NCBI RefSeq assembly: GCF_001194135.2
Contig: NC_068996.1
Location: forward strand, 53,725,405 to 53,789,404
Direction of reading: 5' to 3'
Length of the DNA: 64,000 nt
Origin: Octopus bimaculoides
Taxonomy: Eukaryota
Part shown: positions 12,861-27,185 of the stretch, in pieces
Position numbering within the stretch: the first letter of the stretch is position 1
How the letters are laid out: the number at the start of each line of letters is the position of its first letter
Notes under the pieces: generated by a model
What the model was told of the DNA's origin: nothing
Database searches by the model: none
What the model saw: the letters and a program-made list of their open reading frames with translations, nothing else
Program-made: the position numbers and the translations under genes

Positions 12861-13686
12861 CTAAAGTTTTGCATAGGATTAAACTACATTGACATGTAAA
12901 GGTAAATTATCTTCTTAGAGCTTACCTTTCAGTAACGACGACTTTATCAGACGTGTTACTTCTTGAACATAAAACATCTATTACCAACATGACATCGGCA
13001 TAAAAACGGTCTTTCCAAATGGATTGCGCCAAAACGGTTACATCCAGTCATCTATTTCCGAGTTGTCTTTTTGTCGGTTGACCACCTGATATGTCGTCTG
13101 CTCTTTCCATTTGTTCACGTTATGCAGTGTTTTCTGCGCTTCGTATCATTATGAGACTATTTTATCACATACTATTTCCTTTTCCTTAATATTTCTTTTA
13201 AATATATTTAATAATTAATAAAATAACTAACAAAAACAAAACATTTCAACTACAACTAATGCGTAATAAATGTTAGGTAATAGACATCTCTCAAAAGATA
13301 TGCGTACATATTTTATACATTCATACATAAACATATATCTACATAAACATATACATGCATACATGCATGTGTGTCTGTGTTTGCATGTATGAATGTATAG
13401 CAGGAATCGAACCCGGATCTCTATATCCAAAGAAAAAGAAAACAACAAATAACAGCAACTGAGAATATGAATGCGATTCACTACAATATTACCAACATCA
13501 TAAAAACATCGGACCATTCAAGACTTCGTGTGCTCTCGGATCTGACAACAATTTCATCATTAGCGTGTTTTTCTGAACATGACCACCACTATACATCCAG
13601 CGCATTTTAGCCGCTACCGACAGAAAACGGACAGCAGACATCAGACCAGACACAAAAGTCGGCAGCCAGTAGTTGATCTTGCTTTA

Positions 13687-13923
13687 TCATACCAAGAGCA
13701 AGGTCAAGGTTGTCCTTGGGGTTGCAGTTGGAGGTCTCCCTGATGTGGGATCATCTTCCACACTCTCCCTGCCACGCTTCAATTCATTTACCCAGCGTTT
13801 GACTGTTGCATATGAAGGAGCATTGTCTGTTAAGGTCCTCACCGTATCTTCATGGATTTCTGATGGAGTCATGCCTTTCAAATGAAGGTACTTTATGTCA
13901 GCACGATACTCAGTTTTCTCCAT
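13687..13923 (-). mobile_element. Mariner transposase N-terminal (HTH) fragment, truncated
   Basis: [26 protein letters not shown]...[30 protein letters not shown] matches the mariner/SETMAR-type HTH and 'EDDPRSGRP' linker; no DD34D catalytic domain follows. Confidence 0.88.
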
Positions 13924-14110
13924 TTTCCTTGTAAATTTGAAGCTTGTTTATTCAAAAGTCTGTAAAAAAAAAAAAATTATATATATATATATCAGAATCA
14001 TGAAAATGAGCAAAAATACTCCGAAAAGACTGTACTTCCCAGAAAAAATTGTTTCAGCTATCTAGCAGCCCCGTTTCTAGGTTAGGCTCAAAACTTTTCA
14101 TACACCCCTC

Positions 14111-14141
<31 letters not shown>

Positions 14142-14182
14142 CACACACATAAGCAAACACACACATACATTTCTATGTATAT

Positions 14183-14223
<41 letters not shown>

Positions 14224-14496
14224 CCCGTATATATTTTGAATACCTGAGAACAAGCCGGTAAACATTTGGAGTAATGCCTTAACTATTTGCAAAGATATAC
14301 ATATACATCTGCACCACCGGATGCTCCTGAACCGGTTGTTGAGTGGTCCCACCCAAGAGGAATCGATGCTAGATGTGACGAAACAATGGTCGTGATTAAT
14401 AATAAATTCTCGTATATCCCATCTTTTGTCTGTTATTTGTTATATATACATGTCTATATATAAACACACATGTACACACATAAACACACATATATA

Positions 14497-14719
14497 CCAG
14501 TGGGTGCTGAAAAGTTTCTAGTTTTAGGCAAAAGAAAACACAGGAGGATCAGTTAATTATGATTTTATTCACCATGTTCCCATCTCAGATTCACACACTT
14601 ATTGCAGAAGTCCTTCAGTTTTTCTAAGCTCTGTAAAAAGAACTCGGAAAGTTTGGCTTCCAACCTGGCCTTTATCGATACCCTTAATGCCAGGTACTCT
14701 CCAGCACCCCACCACCTCG
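14497..14719 (-). mobile_element. Mariner-derived MITE (deletion derivative)
   Basis: TIR-like GGGTGCTGAAAAGTTTCTAG / CCAGGTACTCTCCAGCACCC with TA flanks; the minus strand retains the transposase end ...CNKCVNLRWEHGE* (compare mariner WxKCIxxxGxYVE). Confidence 0.75.
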
Positions 14720-14925
14720 TATGTATGAGAACGTGTACACGACGCTGTGCCTTTCATATTCACGAACAGTTTGCAGTTAAAAACGTTTATAGCTTAAGGA
14801 AATACGAGGCCATCTGGACTCGCTATTACTTTTGAAGTTAAGTTTTGATCATACAAAAGCGGAGTCTTTAGATGGAAGATTTCACATATATAAATATATA
14901 TGTGTGTGTGTGTATGATATTTATC

Positions 14926-14957
<32 letters not shown>

Positions 14958-15351
14958 TGTATGTATGTATGTATGGCAAGCCTTCTATGGTTCCACAGTG
15001 TGTCCCTAGCTTTAATACATTACACATTTGTGTCGTACAGTTATATTCCCTTGCGTATTTTGGTCTAGCGTTCATTTTTAACCATGCTCGCATGGATCAG
15101 ACGTTAACATTTCCCATGCACAAATTAATTTTCACGCAAGACTAGAAACGAATATACTCATTTACAACCATCAAGTGATGTCAAGACAAGGGTATAGACC
15201 GACACATACGTGTGTATATATGTGTGTGTGTGTGTGTGCGTATATATATTTGTATGTGTGTATATATGTGTGTGTGTGTGTCTATATATGCGTATATGTG
15301 TGTGTATATGTGCATATGTGAGTATATATATATATATTCATATATAATGTA

Positions 15352-15990
15352 TAAGAAGCTTGCTTCCCAAGAACATGGGCCTGGGTTCAGTCCCACTTCG
15401 TGGCATGTTGGCCAGATGTCTTCTGCTATAGTCTTGAGCCGACCAAAGCCTTGTGAGTGGATTTTGGCAGACGTAAACTGAAAGAAGCCCGTCGTATATA
15501 TATATATATATATATATTATTTAAAAGCAGCAGAAATATAACAAAAAAACCGTTACTCTGAGTTTCACGTTCCCGTTCATCGGACAGTTTTGTTAGAAAT
15601 GGAGGAAGGATATATATATATATATATATATATGTCCGTGTTTGCCCCCCACCCCCGGCCGTCGCTTGACAACCGATGCCGGTGTGTTTATGTCTCCGTA
15701 ACTTAGTGCGGCAAAAGAGACCGATNNNNNNNNNNGTTTTGTTAGAAATGGAGGAAGGATATATATATATATATATATATATGTCCGTGTTTGCCCCCCA
15801 CCCCCGGCCGTCGCTTGACAACCGATGCCGGTGTGTTTATGTCTCCGTAACTTAGTGCGGCAAAAGAGACCGATAGAATAAGTACCAGGCTTACAAAGAA
15901 TAAGTCCTGGGGTCGATTTCTTTGACTAAAACCCTTTAAGGCAGTGCTCCAGCATGGCCGCAGTCAAATGACTGAAACAAATAAAAGAAT
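15352..15990 (+). mobile_element. SINE type B with expanded microsatellite, an insert and a gap-flanking duplication
   Basis: Head at 15352-15500, tail to 15990; 15587-15725 is repeated at 15736-15874 across 10 Ns. Confidence 0.85.
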
Positions 15991-16014
15991 AAAAAACTAT
16001 ATATATATATACAC

Positions 16015-16150
16015 ACAACAGGCTTCTTTCAGTTTTCATCAATCAAATCCTGAAATAGAAGACATTTTCCCTCGGTGCCGAGTAGTGGGACTGAACTCAA
16101 GATTACATAGTCGGGGAGTAAGCGTCTTAACCACACAGCAACACTGCGCC
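16015..16150 (-). mobile_element. SINE type B head fragment
   Basis: GGCTTCTTTCAGTTT...GTGGGACTGAAC...ACCACACAGC is the reverse complement of the type B head. Confidence 0.8.
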
Positions 16151-16254
16151 TATTTTTGTATAACGTAATCGTTATATGTAAATGTATATCTATGTGTGTG
16201 TGTGTGCGTATATGTATGAGTGTATGTACTTGTTCGGCCTGAGCAGTGTCCTTA

Positions 16255-16620
16255 ATCTTTACCTGCCGTTCCGGACAGGGGAGAGTGAAGCCATCAACGT
16301 TGCTCTCGAACCCTGGTAAGTTAACATCTGTAGGAAGGATATGAACAAGGAAGGATATGAACAAGGAAGCATATGAACAAGGGTCGACATCACGTGGAGA
16401 AGGACTGGACGTTGTGATTGGTGCAGTACCTGGGAGTGGGGTGGGGTTGGACAAAAGAAGGTTAAAGAGAGCAAGGAAGCGAGTGGTTTGGGAATGCCTG
16501 AGTAAAAGTGGCACGATCCCAGTTAATTCTGAGAAACAATGACTATTATAGTAATGATAGAAAAGATAGAGATAGGAGGCGCCACACCTGTGGACCAGAG
16601 CTTGGAGCATGTCCGTATGA
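16255..16620 (-). mobile_element. CR1/L2-group LINE ORF2 C-terminal relic
   Basis: LQALVHRCGASYLYLFYHYYNSHCFSELTGIVPLLLRHSQTTR...LPTDVNLPGFESNVD resembles the CR1/L2 end (L.HRR.VA.L..FYRY...CS.EL...P....R.TR...NL..FK..V). It explains most of the 193-aa ORF. Contains a 16-bp x3 tandem (GGAAGGATATGAACAA). Confidence 0.65.
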
Positions 16621-16978
16621 TGTATGCATCAATGTTTGTTTCTCTCTCTCTCTCTCACTATATACATACGCACATAAATACATACGTGTGTGTGTGTGTG
16701 CGCGTAATCTTGTACAGTTCGATGTGCGGCTGCTACTGTTGTGTTCCACGTAGTTTAGCCTTCCAACGAAAAAAGACCTCTGTGCGGGCCCACATTCTGC
16801 TAAATATAGCAGCCGAATATTCCTGAAATAGTACCATATCCGTCTTAAATTACGGAATGACAGTGAAAATGTAGTTTTGTTTATAAAACCAGACGAGATT
16901 GTATACATTCGCATACACATAATATAAATACATATACACACACTCATACATGTGTAATGTGCATATCTTTAATTACAG

Positions 16979-17118
16979 GTGAACAATAATGGTCACCTGA
17001 CATTTGAAACGGAGCTGCCGAATTACCAGTCTATGTTAATTATACCAACTGGATTTAAAATGATCGCACCTTTCCTAGCCGATGTTGATACTTCGAGAAC
17101 TGGAAGAGTCTATTACCG
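16979..17118 (+). CDS. Internal coding exon of a NIDO-domain extracellular protein (nidogen/SNED1/tectorin-type)
   Basis: Acceptor tttaattacAG, donor GTAAGT, 140 nt, phase 0 to 2. Translation VNNNGHLTFETELPNYQSMLIIPTGFKMIAPFLADVDTSRTGRVYY(R) carries the NIDO motifs VNxNG, IAPFxADVD and GxVYYR. Too short for the ORF track. Exact family member not resolved. Confidence 0.9.
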
Positions 17119-17593
17119 GTAAGTATAATAATATCAATAACAATTATTCTTCTTATAATAGACAAGGTCGATGGACGAAGAGACTACAAAGGTAAATGAC
17201 AAAACGATGTAAACTTGATGGGAAACAACTGAAAACAAGCAAAATAAAAGGTGGCATAGAATAATTCGTATGTACGAAGTCATAAACCTTTGCTTTGACT
17301 ACCAAAAACTAAGCCTCCTCTCTCAGCTTTGACTATCAAAACCCAAGCCCCCTTCTAGTCTTACAGTCACATAACAGAAGAGACTTGTGTCAACCAAGCT
17401 ATACTTGCCATTCCTACCCACCATACAGTGAATTTATTGGCGGACTTCCTTCCGCGCCCTTACCTTTCCTTTCCAGGGGTACTTGAAGCTGATGAGGCTT
17501 TACTGGAAGACGAAAATTCTTGTGTCAGTTCTTTCCACCTTCTCCAGCATATTACCCCTTTCGCTGAGGATCATTATAATAAATAAAAAATAA

Positions 17594-17841
17594 ATGCTCC
17601 TTTTAAAGCCTAGCTAGACTCATGGGCCCGGTTTCCCGGTTTCAATGGCGTATGTGTTCCCCAGCTGGACGGGACGCCAGTCCATCGCAGCGTGACTCAT
17701 TTTTGCCAGCTGAGTGGACTGCAGCAATGTGAAATGAAGTGTTTTGCTCAAGAACACAATGCGTCGCCTGGTCCAGGAATCGAAACCACAATCTTACGAT
17801 CATGGTGCTGACACCCTGACCACTAAGCCACGCGCCTCCAC
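17594..17841 (-). mobile_element. SINE type D (type C head/core plus TGCGATGGACTGGCGTCCCGTCCAG tail)
   Basis: Nearly identical to 30544-30786. Confidence 0.88.
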
Positions 17842-19148
17842 TCATCACAATAAACTCAATTGATATTCGGTTCCTCCTAAATGTCAACAGCTGTGCCACA
17901 TCACTTTACAAATCAGCCGTGTTCATTCATTCCATGCTTTCGTAGCTTTCCGTGTATGCTCCAGCAGAAACACCATTACCCTTCTTTTAGAATTCAAGAG
18001 ATGTCGTTTCGCAGACCGTATTGCCGAACGGTAGAGAATTGTCAGTGCTTGGCAGCGTTCCTGATAGCAGACAGCCTGTCGTGATCGACGCTTGACCCAT
18101 GACTGCAGTTACGTCAAAGGGAGGAGCTATGGAAACACGTACCTGAGTAAAGGCGACCACACCTGTTTATTGCGTAAGAATCTCTGTAAATGTTGGTAGT
18201 AGTCAGGCAATCTGACCGGAGGATCCCTCTCAACCCTTCCATTATTATTGGTTCTGGATTTAATTCTATATTCACATTTTGAAATCTTTCAGATCTACTT
18301 CACGATTTTTATATTTTTTTTTTAAGCTAGGATTTTTGTAATTAGGAATCAAGATGTTTATTTGAAGAAATACATTTTCATTTGTGGCTTTGATGATAAT
18401 AACTGTGAGGTTTATTTTGATTTCCTCAGTTCGGATATACATGACCCAGATTGTCGAAGCCAGGTCGTTTATTGCATACTAAATTTGGTACACACACACA
18501 CACTTATATAATTTCCTCTCAGTTTTCATGTCGAAAGGTCGGCATATTGCCAATACATATATCTACCAATCGTGTCATGTAAATGCATATATATTCTGAC
18601 ACTACAATGTCTAGACAACCACAAATGACGTTGCCAGTCGTTTCTTTAACACTACATATTTAACAGTAGATGTTATCCTTTTATTTCATTATTCAGCTTT
18701 CGTAGTTTTGTGTGACAAGACGTTCATTGCTTTTCTGCCTTTATTTCAGAGTTTTTTTTTTAAAGACATTATTGGTTTTTGTTTTCACTTACTTATCTAC
18801 TCTGTTGAGTTTATTATATTTGTCAACAGTTTTATTTTCGAAATGTGCTTAAACAAGAGCTGCTTTCTCTGCTTTGAATACATGCAAAGTTTTGTTCTGG
18901 TTTTGCATTTTCTATTGCATTGGCTGTGTTTACGTAAAAAGCGCATGGGTGCAGTACTGCCATTTTCTTTATTTCCCGTATATGTTTACATACCGGAATT
19001 TTGATTTATATATATTTACCTGGAATTTATAAATCATTCTCAAAGTAGTCACTATCTAAGAAATTCTGGTTACCATTACCTCCAGTTCAATAAATGTAAT
19101 TAATGAGAGAGACGGAGGACGGAAGATATCATAAGATCTATTAACTAC

Positions 19149-19190
<42 letters not shown>

Positions 19191-19524
19191 CGTTTTAATT
19201 TCTTGAAATTAGTTCTACGTCCCTCTATCTGGCTATTATTTACAGAACGTTATATTCAGATATACTTCCTGATTTTTATATTGAGACATATTTTCAAACA
19301 TTTCTCCGTGAATTTACAGTCTTCAAAGATTTGTACGTGGATAGCTTATTTCTGAAGAATATTTGTGTGACTTTTCGTTGTGTTTAGCAACTTTTTGAAG
19401 GAGAATGGCAGTATATATTCTGTCATGCATATATATAACATTGTCACTATTAATACCCTGTTAAAGATGCACATATACAACGCTGAATCCTTAAAAACCA
19501 GTAGATTTGTCCCTTCTTTTTTTT

Positions 19525-21500
19525 TTTTTAACTGTATGGTTAATGTTTTCTGAAAAGTACGAGCAATTTCCGCGAGAGATATTTTCTGAACTTCATTTGC
19601 GGTAGATATTTCTGTGGTTCGCAATTCCTAACGCCGCTTCTATGAGTATTACCACTATTGAAATATCCAGGTCTTTATAATTAGCAAGTTTTTCAAATTC
19701 TTTCACCGAAATGTTTTGTCATTTGGACTGCCCTCATCAATTAGTAACACATGATGCGGCTCTGTTGTCTTTAATGATGTTTGGTTGGTTTGCTCTTATT
19801 TCTTTGTTCTACGTATTTGCATATCCCAGGCAATTTTCCTTTCCTCCCCATAATCTCTGTGACACTTTTATATAATTTTCATCCAACGGCTGGTGACTTC
19901 CATTTCCTTGTATATCTTCCAAAGAACGTATGTAGCAATCATGTCATGTGTTCTGATACATTCTGACGTGTACAGTGCAAGGAATCCAGCTAGTAAGTGT
20001 CTGATGCCCTCACCGGTTTTGTCACATAGAGGCATTCAAGCTTGGTATTCTGTTTCTGAATACATCTCTGGCAATATCTAGTTTGGCGATGTTAATCTGC
20101 ATATATAATTACCAATCACTTCCCTTTTCTTGCCCTTTAGTCGGCTGGGTGTTGTATCAAACTCCTGCGGTATTCATTTTTTCAATTTCTTTCGTCTTTT
20201 AATTCTTTAACTCATTTGCTGTTTCTCTCCCTTTTCTAGAATTTATGCGTATTTAGTGCTTGTGGTTTTTGACAAATAAATCGGCAAAGAACCATTTTAA
20301 TGATTTCTGTGTTTCACTGTAGATGTCACTTTTGTTTTTGCAATGTTAGTATTATCTTGTAGCAGAAAAATGCTGTATTTTTATTAGAGGTGTGTATGTA
20401 CTCAAATTGTAATTGACTATTCCATCTCAAATAATAGGAGGTTTCTTCTTGTTTTTATATTCTTGTTTACTACACCAAAGCTGTAAGATTTATCTTTTTG
20501 CTGGATTCTTAAGCTATCAGATGCTTCCGTTTTATTTTGCGAATTGCGTTCGCTTTTTAGGATCATCCTATTTTATGAGATTCACTCCTTTTGGATTAGT
20601 TTATCCACACAAACATGCTGAACCTATTCACCTTCGGTGATACACACGCACACGTAAGCAAGAACCTGATCATTGTTTCTCCCAGCTTTTGGTTATTCCC
20701 TACACAGTTTAGATTTGAACTTAATAGAAAAATAGGCTGACAAAAGAAAAGGGGTTAAAACAAACCCGGAAATATTGCCATTTTTATAGGAACTTTGTCA
20801 TGTTGTAGGAGACCTTCCTTATGATCTATTACAATATTTCTTTTATATTTTGGTTTGCTACTTTCAATTGACGTAAGGATCTATGAATGCAGTACATTTT
20901 CATAGTTTTTTTGTCTTTCTGGTGTATCCGGGAAGTATACACATTCTTTTGTTTTTGCATATATTCTAAGATAACCCTGTTTATCATTACAGGCTTATAA
21001 GTCTTTTCTGCAACACTTCATATGGAAGTTTGTTGATATATCTTCTTACTTAATGCCGTCTATGTAAGGATTCTGAGGAAGTTAGAAAAACATGTAATTG
21101 GCACCCATTTAGTTTTACGACTATTCATTCGTCTCTGAGGTTTTTGGTAAAAGGATTGGCTTTTATTGCGTCAGCCAATCTTTTTCTTTTCTTTGCGCTA
21201 GGATGGGCTCTATATTACATTATTAAAGCATTTGGCCATATTTCCCTATGTAGAAATTTCAAAGTTTATCCAGTCTTGATGGTTTCTACTTCTCTCTCGA
21301 GGGCTTTCTTTATAAGGCATTTCAATCTTTCGTAGTTTCACATGATTTAAATCTTCTCTTGCTCTAGGGTTAGATTCATTCTATTTGAATTCCCTGTAAA
21401 GGGTTTTAGTTTGACTACTAGAAACGCTTTATGTTTAAATTGCTTAATTTGTTTCTCAAACCTCTGTGTTCTTCAACTTCCATCTGTTGAGTTATGGTTT
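19525..21500 (-). mobile_element. Old, degenerate RLE-type (R4/Dong-like) LINE
   Basis: Minus-strand fragments: RT PITCFSNFLRILT, zinc-knuckle-like LCDKTGEGIRHLLAG...HDMIA, KDLDI, and terminal EVQKISLAEIARTFQKTLTIQ. Many stops and frameshifts; ends approximate. Confidence 0.75.
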
Positions 21501-21515
21501 CTTTTACGACTTTAA

Positions 21516-21734
21516 CCCTTTTGTTACCATATTTCTGTTGAGATGCTCCGTGTTTCTTTCTATTTTTAAATATAACAAAGAATTTAGTAAAATAACTTAG
21601 TTATCATTCAGCTAGTGTTAGGAACATAAATTGTGACTAAGGTTTGGTGGAAGATTTTAATTCAGAGCTTTTGAAAACGAGACATTTGTACTACAGAGAC
21701 AGAAGTGGTTTCAGTCGAATTGGTATTAAAAGGG
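21516..21734. mobile_element. piggyBac-like MITE (family H)
   Basis: TTAA|CCCTTTT ... AAAAGGG|TTAA; second copy at 55404-55623. Confidence 0.85.
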
Positions 21735-22085
21735 TTAAACTTTTTTGAGCGGCAACATTTTTGCGTTCTTATTATGAGTATTGCTTATCCTATTTTGATT
21801 GCTACAACCGATGTCACGTACTATATTTGCTTAACGATCGTTATTTCGTTATTTATTTGCTTTGTAATAATTTCAGTTGCATGGTTAATCGTCTGACTTG
21901 GGATCTGCCTTTTAAAATTATGCACTATATTTTACTAGTTTGAAGTATGCATTTAATATGTATAAATTCTGTTTTATTACATTTACTATGTATATTAAGT
22001 TACTTTATTTATTTATTTATTTACTTATTTATTTATTTATTTATTCCAGTAGAAATCACCATTTCCTATTATTATTTCTTGGTAG

Positions 22086-23020
22086 TTACGCGGCGAGCTG
22101 GCAGAATCGTTAGGACGCCAGGCAAAAGGTTTAACGACATTTCGTCCGTCTTTACATTCTGAGTTCAAATGCCACCGGGGTCGACTTTGCCTTTCGTCTT
22201 AACGAGGTCGATAAAATAATTACCAGTGAAACACTGGAGTTGATGTAATCGATTTACCTCTCCCTCGAAATTGCTGGTTTTATACCAAAGTTTGAAACCA
22301 TTATTTGGTAGAGTCAGATTGGTGTTTTCCATTTTCCCCTTACAGTTTATTTAATCTCTGATAGGTTCAAAGATATGTTGTGTTCTATTCAGCTTTGGTT
22401 CATGTGAGATGTATTATGTAGCGCAAACGATTGTACATCATTATTGTGTTTAATTTTTTTTTTCCCATTCGGTTAAATTAATTTGGTTGTTACTGTTTTA
22501 ATCAGCCAAATATGTCTGATAATATTTTCATTGAGGGCGAAATGCTTAACAGTGTTTTGTCTGTCATTACGTTCTGAGTTCAAACTCCGCCGAGGTCGAC
22601 TTTGCCTTTCATCCTTTCGAGGTCGATAAATTAAGTACCAGTTGCATACTGGGGTCGATCTAATCGACTGGCCACCTCCCCCAAAATTTCGAGCCTTGTG
22701 CCTCGAGTAGAAAAGAATATTATTTTCATTGAAGGACAAATCTCGAGATCGGTTTTTCCTCAAATTTGGTGAAGTCGATTATATGACAGGTTTAGTTTAA
22801 ATTAGCTGGCAGAATTGTTAACACGCCGGACGAAATGTTTAGCGACATTTCGACCGTTTTCACGTTATAAATTCAAATGCTGCCGATTTCGACTTTGCCT
22901 TTCATCCTATCGGGGGTCGATAAATAAGTACCATTTGAGTAGCGGGGCGTGGGGTTAATGTCATTGACTTACCCACTCCTCTGAAATTGCAGGCCTTGTC
23001 CCAAAATTTCAAATCAATAT
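22086..23020 (+). mobile_element. Three SINE type A copies
   Basis: Copies at about 22086-22300, 22536-22720 (5' truncated, TATTTTCATTGA-type TSD) and 22800-23020. Confidence 0.88.
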
Positions 23021-23364
23021 GATCTTCATTTAAGAACAAATCTCCGGATCGATTTTCCCTCAAATTTGGTAAATCAGTCACGTGACGTCTTTAGTTTGAC
23101 GATAAAGAAGGCTTTTATAAACTTCAAGTCCAGTTCGTTTCTGCCCAACGCGTTTGTTTGTTATTTTAACTTAATTTATGTTCGGTTATGATGTTCCGTT
23201 TGGTTAAGACTGTTGAATCGTTTATTCTTCTTTGATTCTGAAAATTTTAGGAATCATGTTGCCATAACATTTGATACAAAGATAAACCCCAAAAGTTTAT
23301 AATATTGTAGTCTATTATCTCTGGAATTCACTGGCTGAGAACTGCGGGACTCAAAGGTGGGATC

Positions 23365-23740
23365 TTTTATCTTCGATCTTTTACTAGTTTCAATCATTAG
23401 ACTGCGGCCATGTTAGGGCAGCGCCTTGACAAATTTTTAGTTGAATGAATTCATCCCAATACTTATATCGTTTTTAAAGCCTGGTATTTATTCTATCGGT
23501 CTCTTTTACTGATTACGGGGACATAAACACTCCATCACCCGTTGTCAAGCGGTGGTGGGGATAAATACACACATACATATACGACGGGCTTCTTTTAGTT
23601 TCCATCTACCAAATTCACTTACAAGGTTTCGGTTAGTACGAGGTAATAGTAGAAGATACTTGCCTAAGGTGCCATGCAGTTGGACTGAACCCGGAACCAT
23701 GTAGTTGAGAAGCAAACTTCTTGCTACACAGCCTTGCCTG
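23365..23740 (-). mobile_element. SINE type B
   Basis: Full-length reverse-complement copy with CpGs largely retained. Confidence 0.88.
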
Positions 23741-23789
23741 TACCCCCTATGGAAGATGTTTAATTGAGGTACGGGATAATAGGCTTGTC

Positions 23790-24230
23790 ACCAAGAACCA
23801 CCACAAGAATGTAATGAAGCTGAATACGTTAAGTAACAGTACAGTATGTGGAGGTTGCAGAAGAAACTATTAATCGCATTCACTCTGGCTGCTCAGTCTT
23901 ATTCAAGAGAGAATACATGTACTGGTATAATGGACTTGGGACTTAGTTACGTTACATGCTAAGCTATCATAATTAAACAGCAACGAAAAAAAAAAAACAA
24001 AAACAAAAAACAGAGCAGAGTTAACCAGGAGAGCAAGGCTAATGGATCAGACATTGTTATCAAGACTATGCTTGGAAAGCAAGCGCCTCGTAATCGAAGT
24101 ATTTGGAGGTAATGTAATTATCAAAGATGGTAATGCATATATATCAAAGAAATGAAGGAACTATTAAACAAAGCGGCCTGGAAACAGATGTTTGCGGCAT
24201 CTGAACCCAGGAGGTAAAAAAACTCAGATC
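23790..24230 (+). mobile_element. Degenerate RLE-LINE C-terminal fragment
   Basis: EETINRIHSGCSVLFKREY resembles the ETIDHIxSGCxxLAxxEY zinc-knuckle region. Confidence 0.55.
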
Positions 24231-24254
24231 AAATACCTGAAGGCATTGTGTTCA

Positions 24255-25751
<1,497 letters not shown>

Positions 25752-25752
<1 letters not shown>

Positions 25753-26010
25753 AGTAGGTGCCTTAGGTATAATAAAAAAATATTCAGACAAATACATAAC
25801 AAAAACACCAGGACTTACAAATATATATAACATACAGAAAATTGCACTACTGGGCACTGCACACATCCTACGCAAAACACTTTCAATACAGTAAACATAA
25901 GAGCACCACAGCAAACCACAGCACATTCCCAAGACGCACAGAGCTGCGCTCGGTAGTGAAGTGAAAGCACGTTATAAAAATAAAACTACTGAACAATAAT
26001 AATAATAATA
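25752..26010 (+). mobile_element. R4/Dong-like LINE 3' end
   Basis: VGALGIIKKYSDKYITKTPGLTNIYNIQKIALLGTAHILRKTLSIQ*, then UTR and an (AAT)n tail. Confidence 0.85.
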
Positions 26011-26361
26011 TCAACAGCAATTGTAATAATCTACACAGGTTGCCACCCTAAAATACACTAATTATACTCTGCTCAATTATAACCCAATAAAATAACGAGA
26101 CATTCACCCGATATTATACGACCAACAAGTCACCACAACCGACACTCACATATTCTATACAGTTACCACCCAACAAAATAACACAACTTAGGTTGCACAT
26201 AATCTGCACAAACAGACGGGAGTTTGTGTGTTTATTGCAATGAAAATAATTGCAATATGAATGCCAGTGCTATTTCCCGAGTTATTTAGGGATGTGTTGC
26301 AGTGTTAATTATGTATTTGTATCCACCTTTTTATCATTCTCAATATTGTTTAGAAATCATC

Positions 26362-26540
26362 GGGCGGCGAGCTGGTAGAAAGCGTAGGGCGGCGAGCTGG
26401 TACGCTGACGAAATGCTCAGCGGCATTTCGCCCGTCTTTACGTTCCGAGTTCAAATTCCGCAGAGGTCGACATTGAATTTCATCCTTTCGTGATCGATTT
26501 ATTTCCAGTCTTTTTGTCAAAATTTGAAACCAATATTGTG
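26362..26540 (+). mobile_element. SINE type A with a duplicated head motif
   Basis: GGGCGGCGAGCTGGTA occurs twice, followed by the type A body. Confidence 0.8.
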
Positions 26541-26641
26541 TAGAAATCCTATATATGGTTTTAATTATTTCCAGATCTTTATATTTTGACACTTTTCCAT
26601 TTATTTTTAAGATATCTTTTGTAGCTATCTTGTTTCTCTCT

Positions 26642-26833
26642 TTAGGTGCCATTTTCAGAATAAGCAATCATGTCCTGCCATAATTCTCTGTTCTTTGTTG
26701 TCTGTAACAGTTTCACTTCCTGATGTTTAATACCTTTTCCTTCCAACCAATTCCTCGAGCTTGGCATCCAGACAATCCTTCTCCCTTCTCTGCTTCTTTT
26801 ACCTTCAGTCTTTCCGGTCGTTGCTAAATTCAC
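26642..26833 (-). mobile_element. RTE-like LINE C-terminal fragment
   Basis: NLATTGKTEGKRSREGRR...LLQTTKNRELWQDMIAY resembles the RTE end (G.IEGKR.RGR.R...DR..WR.MI). Confidence 0.55.
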
Positions 26834-26844
26834 CCTGGGCCCTC

Positions 26845-26971
26845 TGGAGCGTACGATTTCTTTTGCCGGTCCGCTAAGTTACGGGGGCGTAAACAAACCA
26901 ACACCGGGTTTCAAGGGGAAATACACACACGCGCACACACATCTCTGTTGTTTGTCTGTCTGATGTATTGA

Positions 26972-27025
<54 letters not shown>

Positions 27026-27185
27026 CAGGTTTCTTTCAGTTTCTACCTACAAAATCCACTCACAAGGCTTTGGTCAGCCTGGGGCTCTAATAGAAGACAT
27101 TTGATCAAGCTGCCATGCAGAAGGACAGAACCCTCAACCATGTAGTTGAGAAGCAAACTTCTTACCACACAGCCATGCTTGTGCC
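26845..27185 (-). mobile_element. SINE type B with internal (CA)n
   Basis: Middle and head segments match type B on the minus strand. Confidence 0.8.

Noticed and set aside
17476-17560. Very strong acceptor (ttacctttcctttccAG) as the next NIDO exon
   Set aside because: The required phase-2 frame stops after 2 codons; the sequence looks like an antisense Tx1-like fragment.
23077-23086. Perfect CLEAR/E-box palindrome GTCACGTGAC
   Set aside because: A single 10-mer, absent from the paralogous repeat copy 300 bp upstream, with no promoter context.
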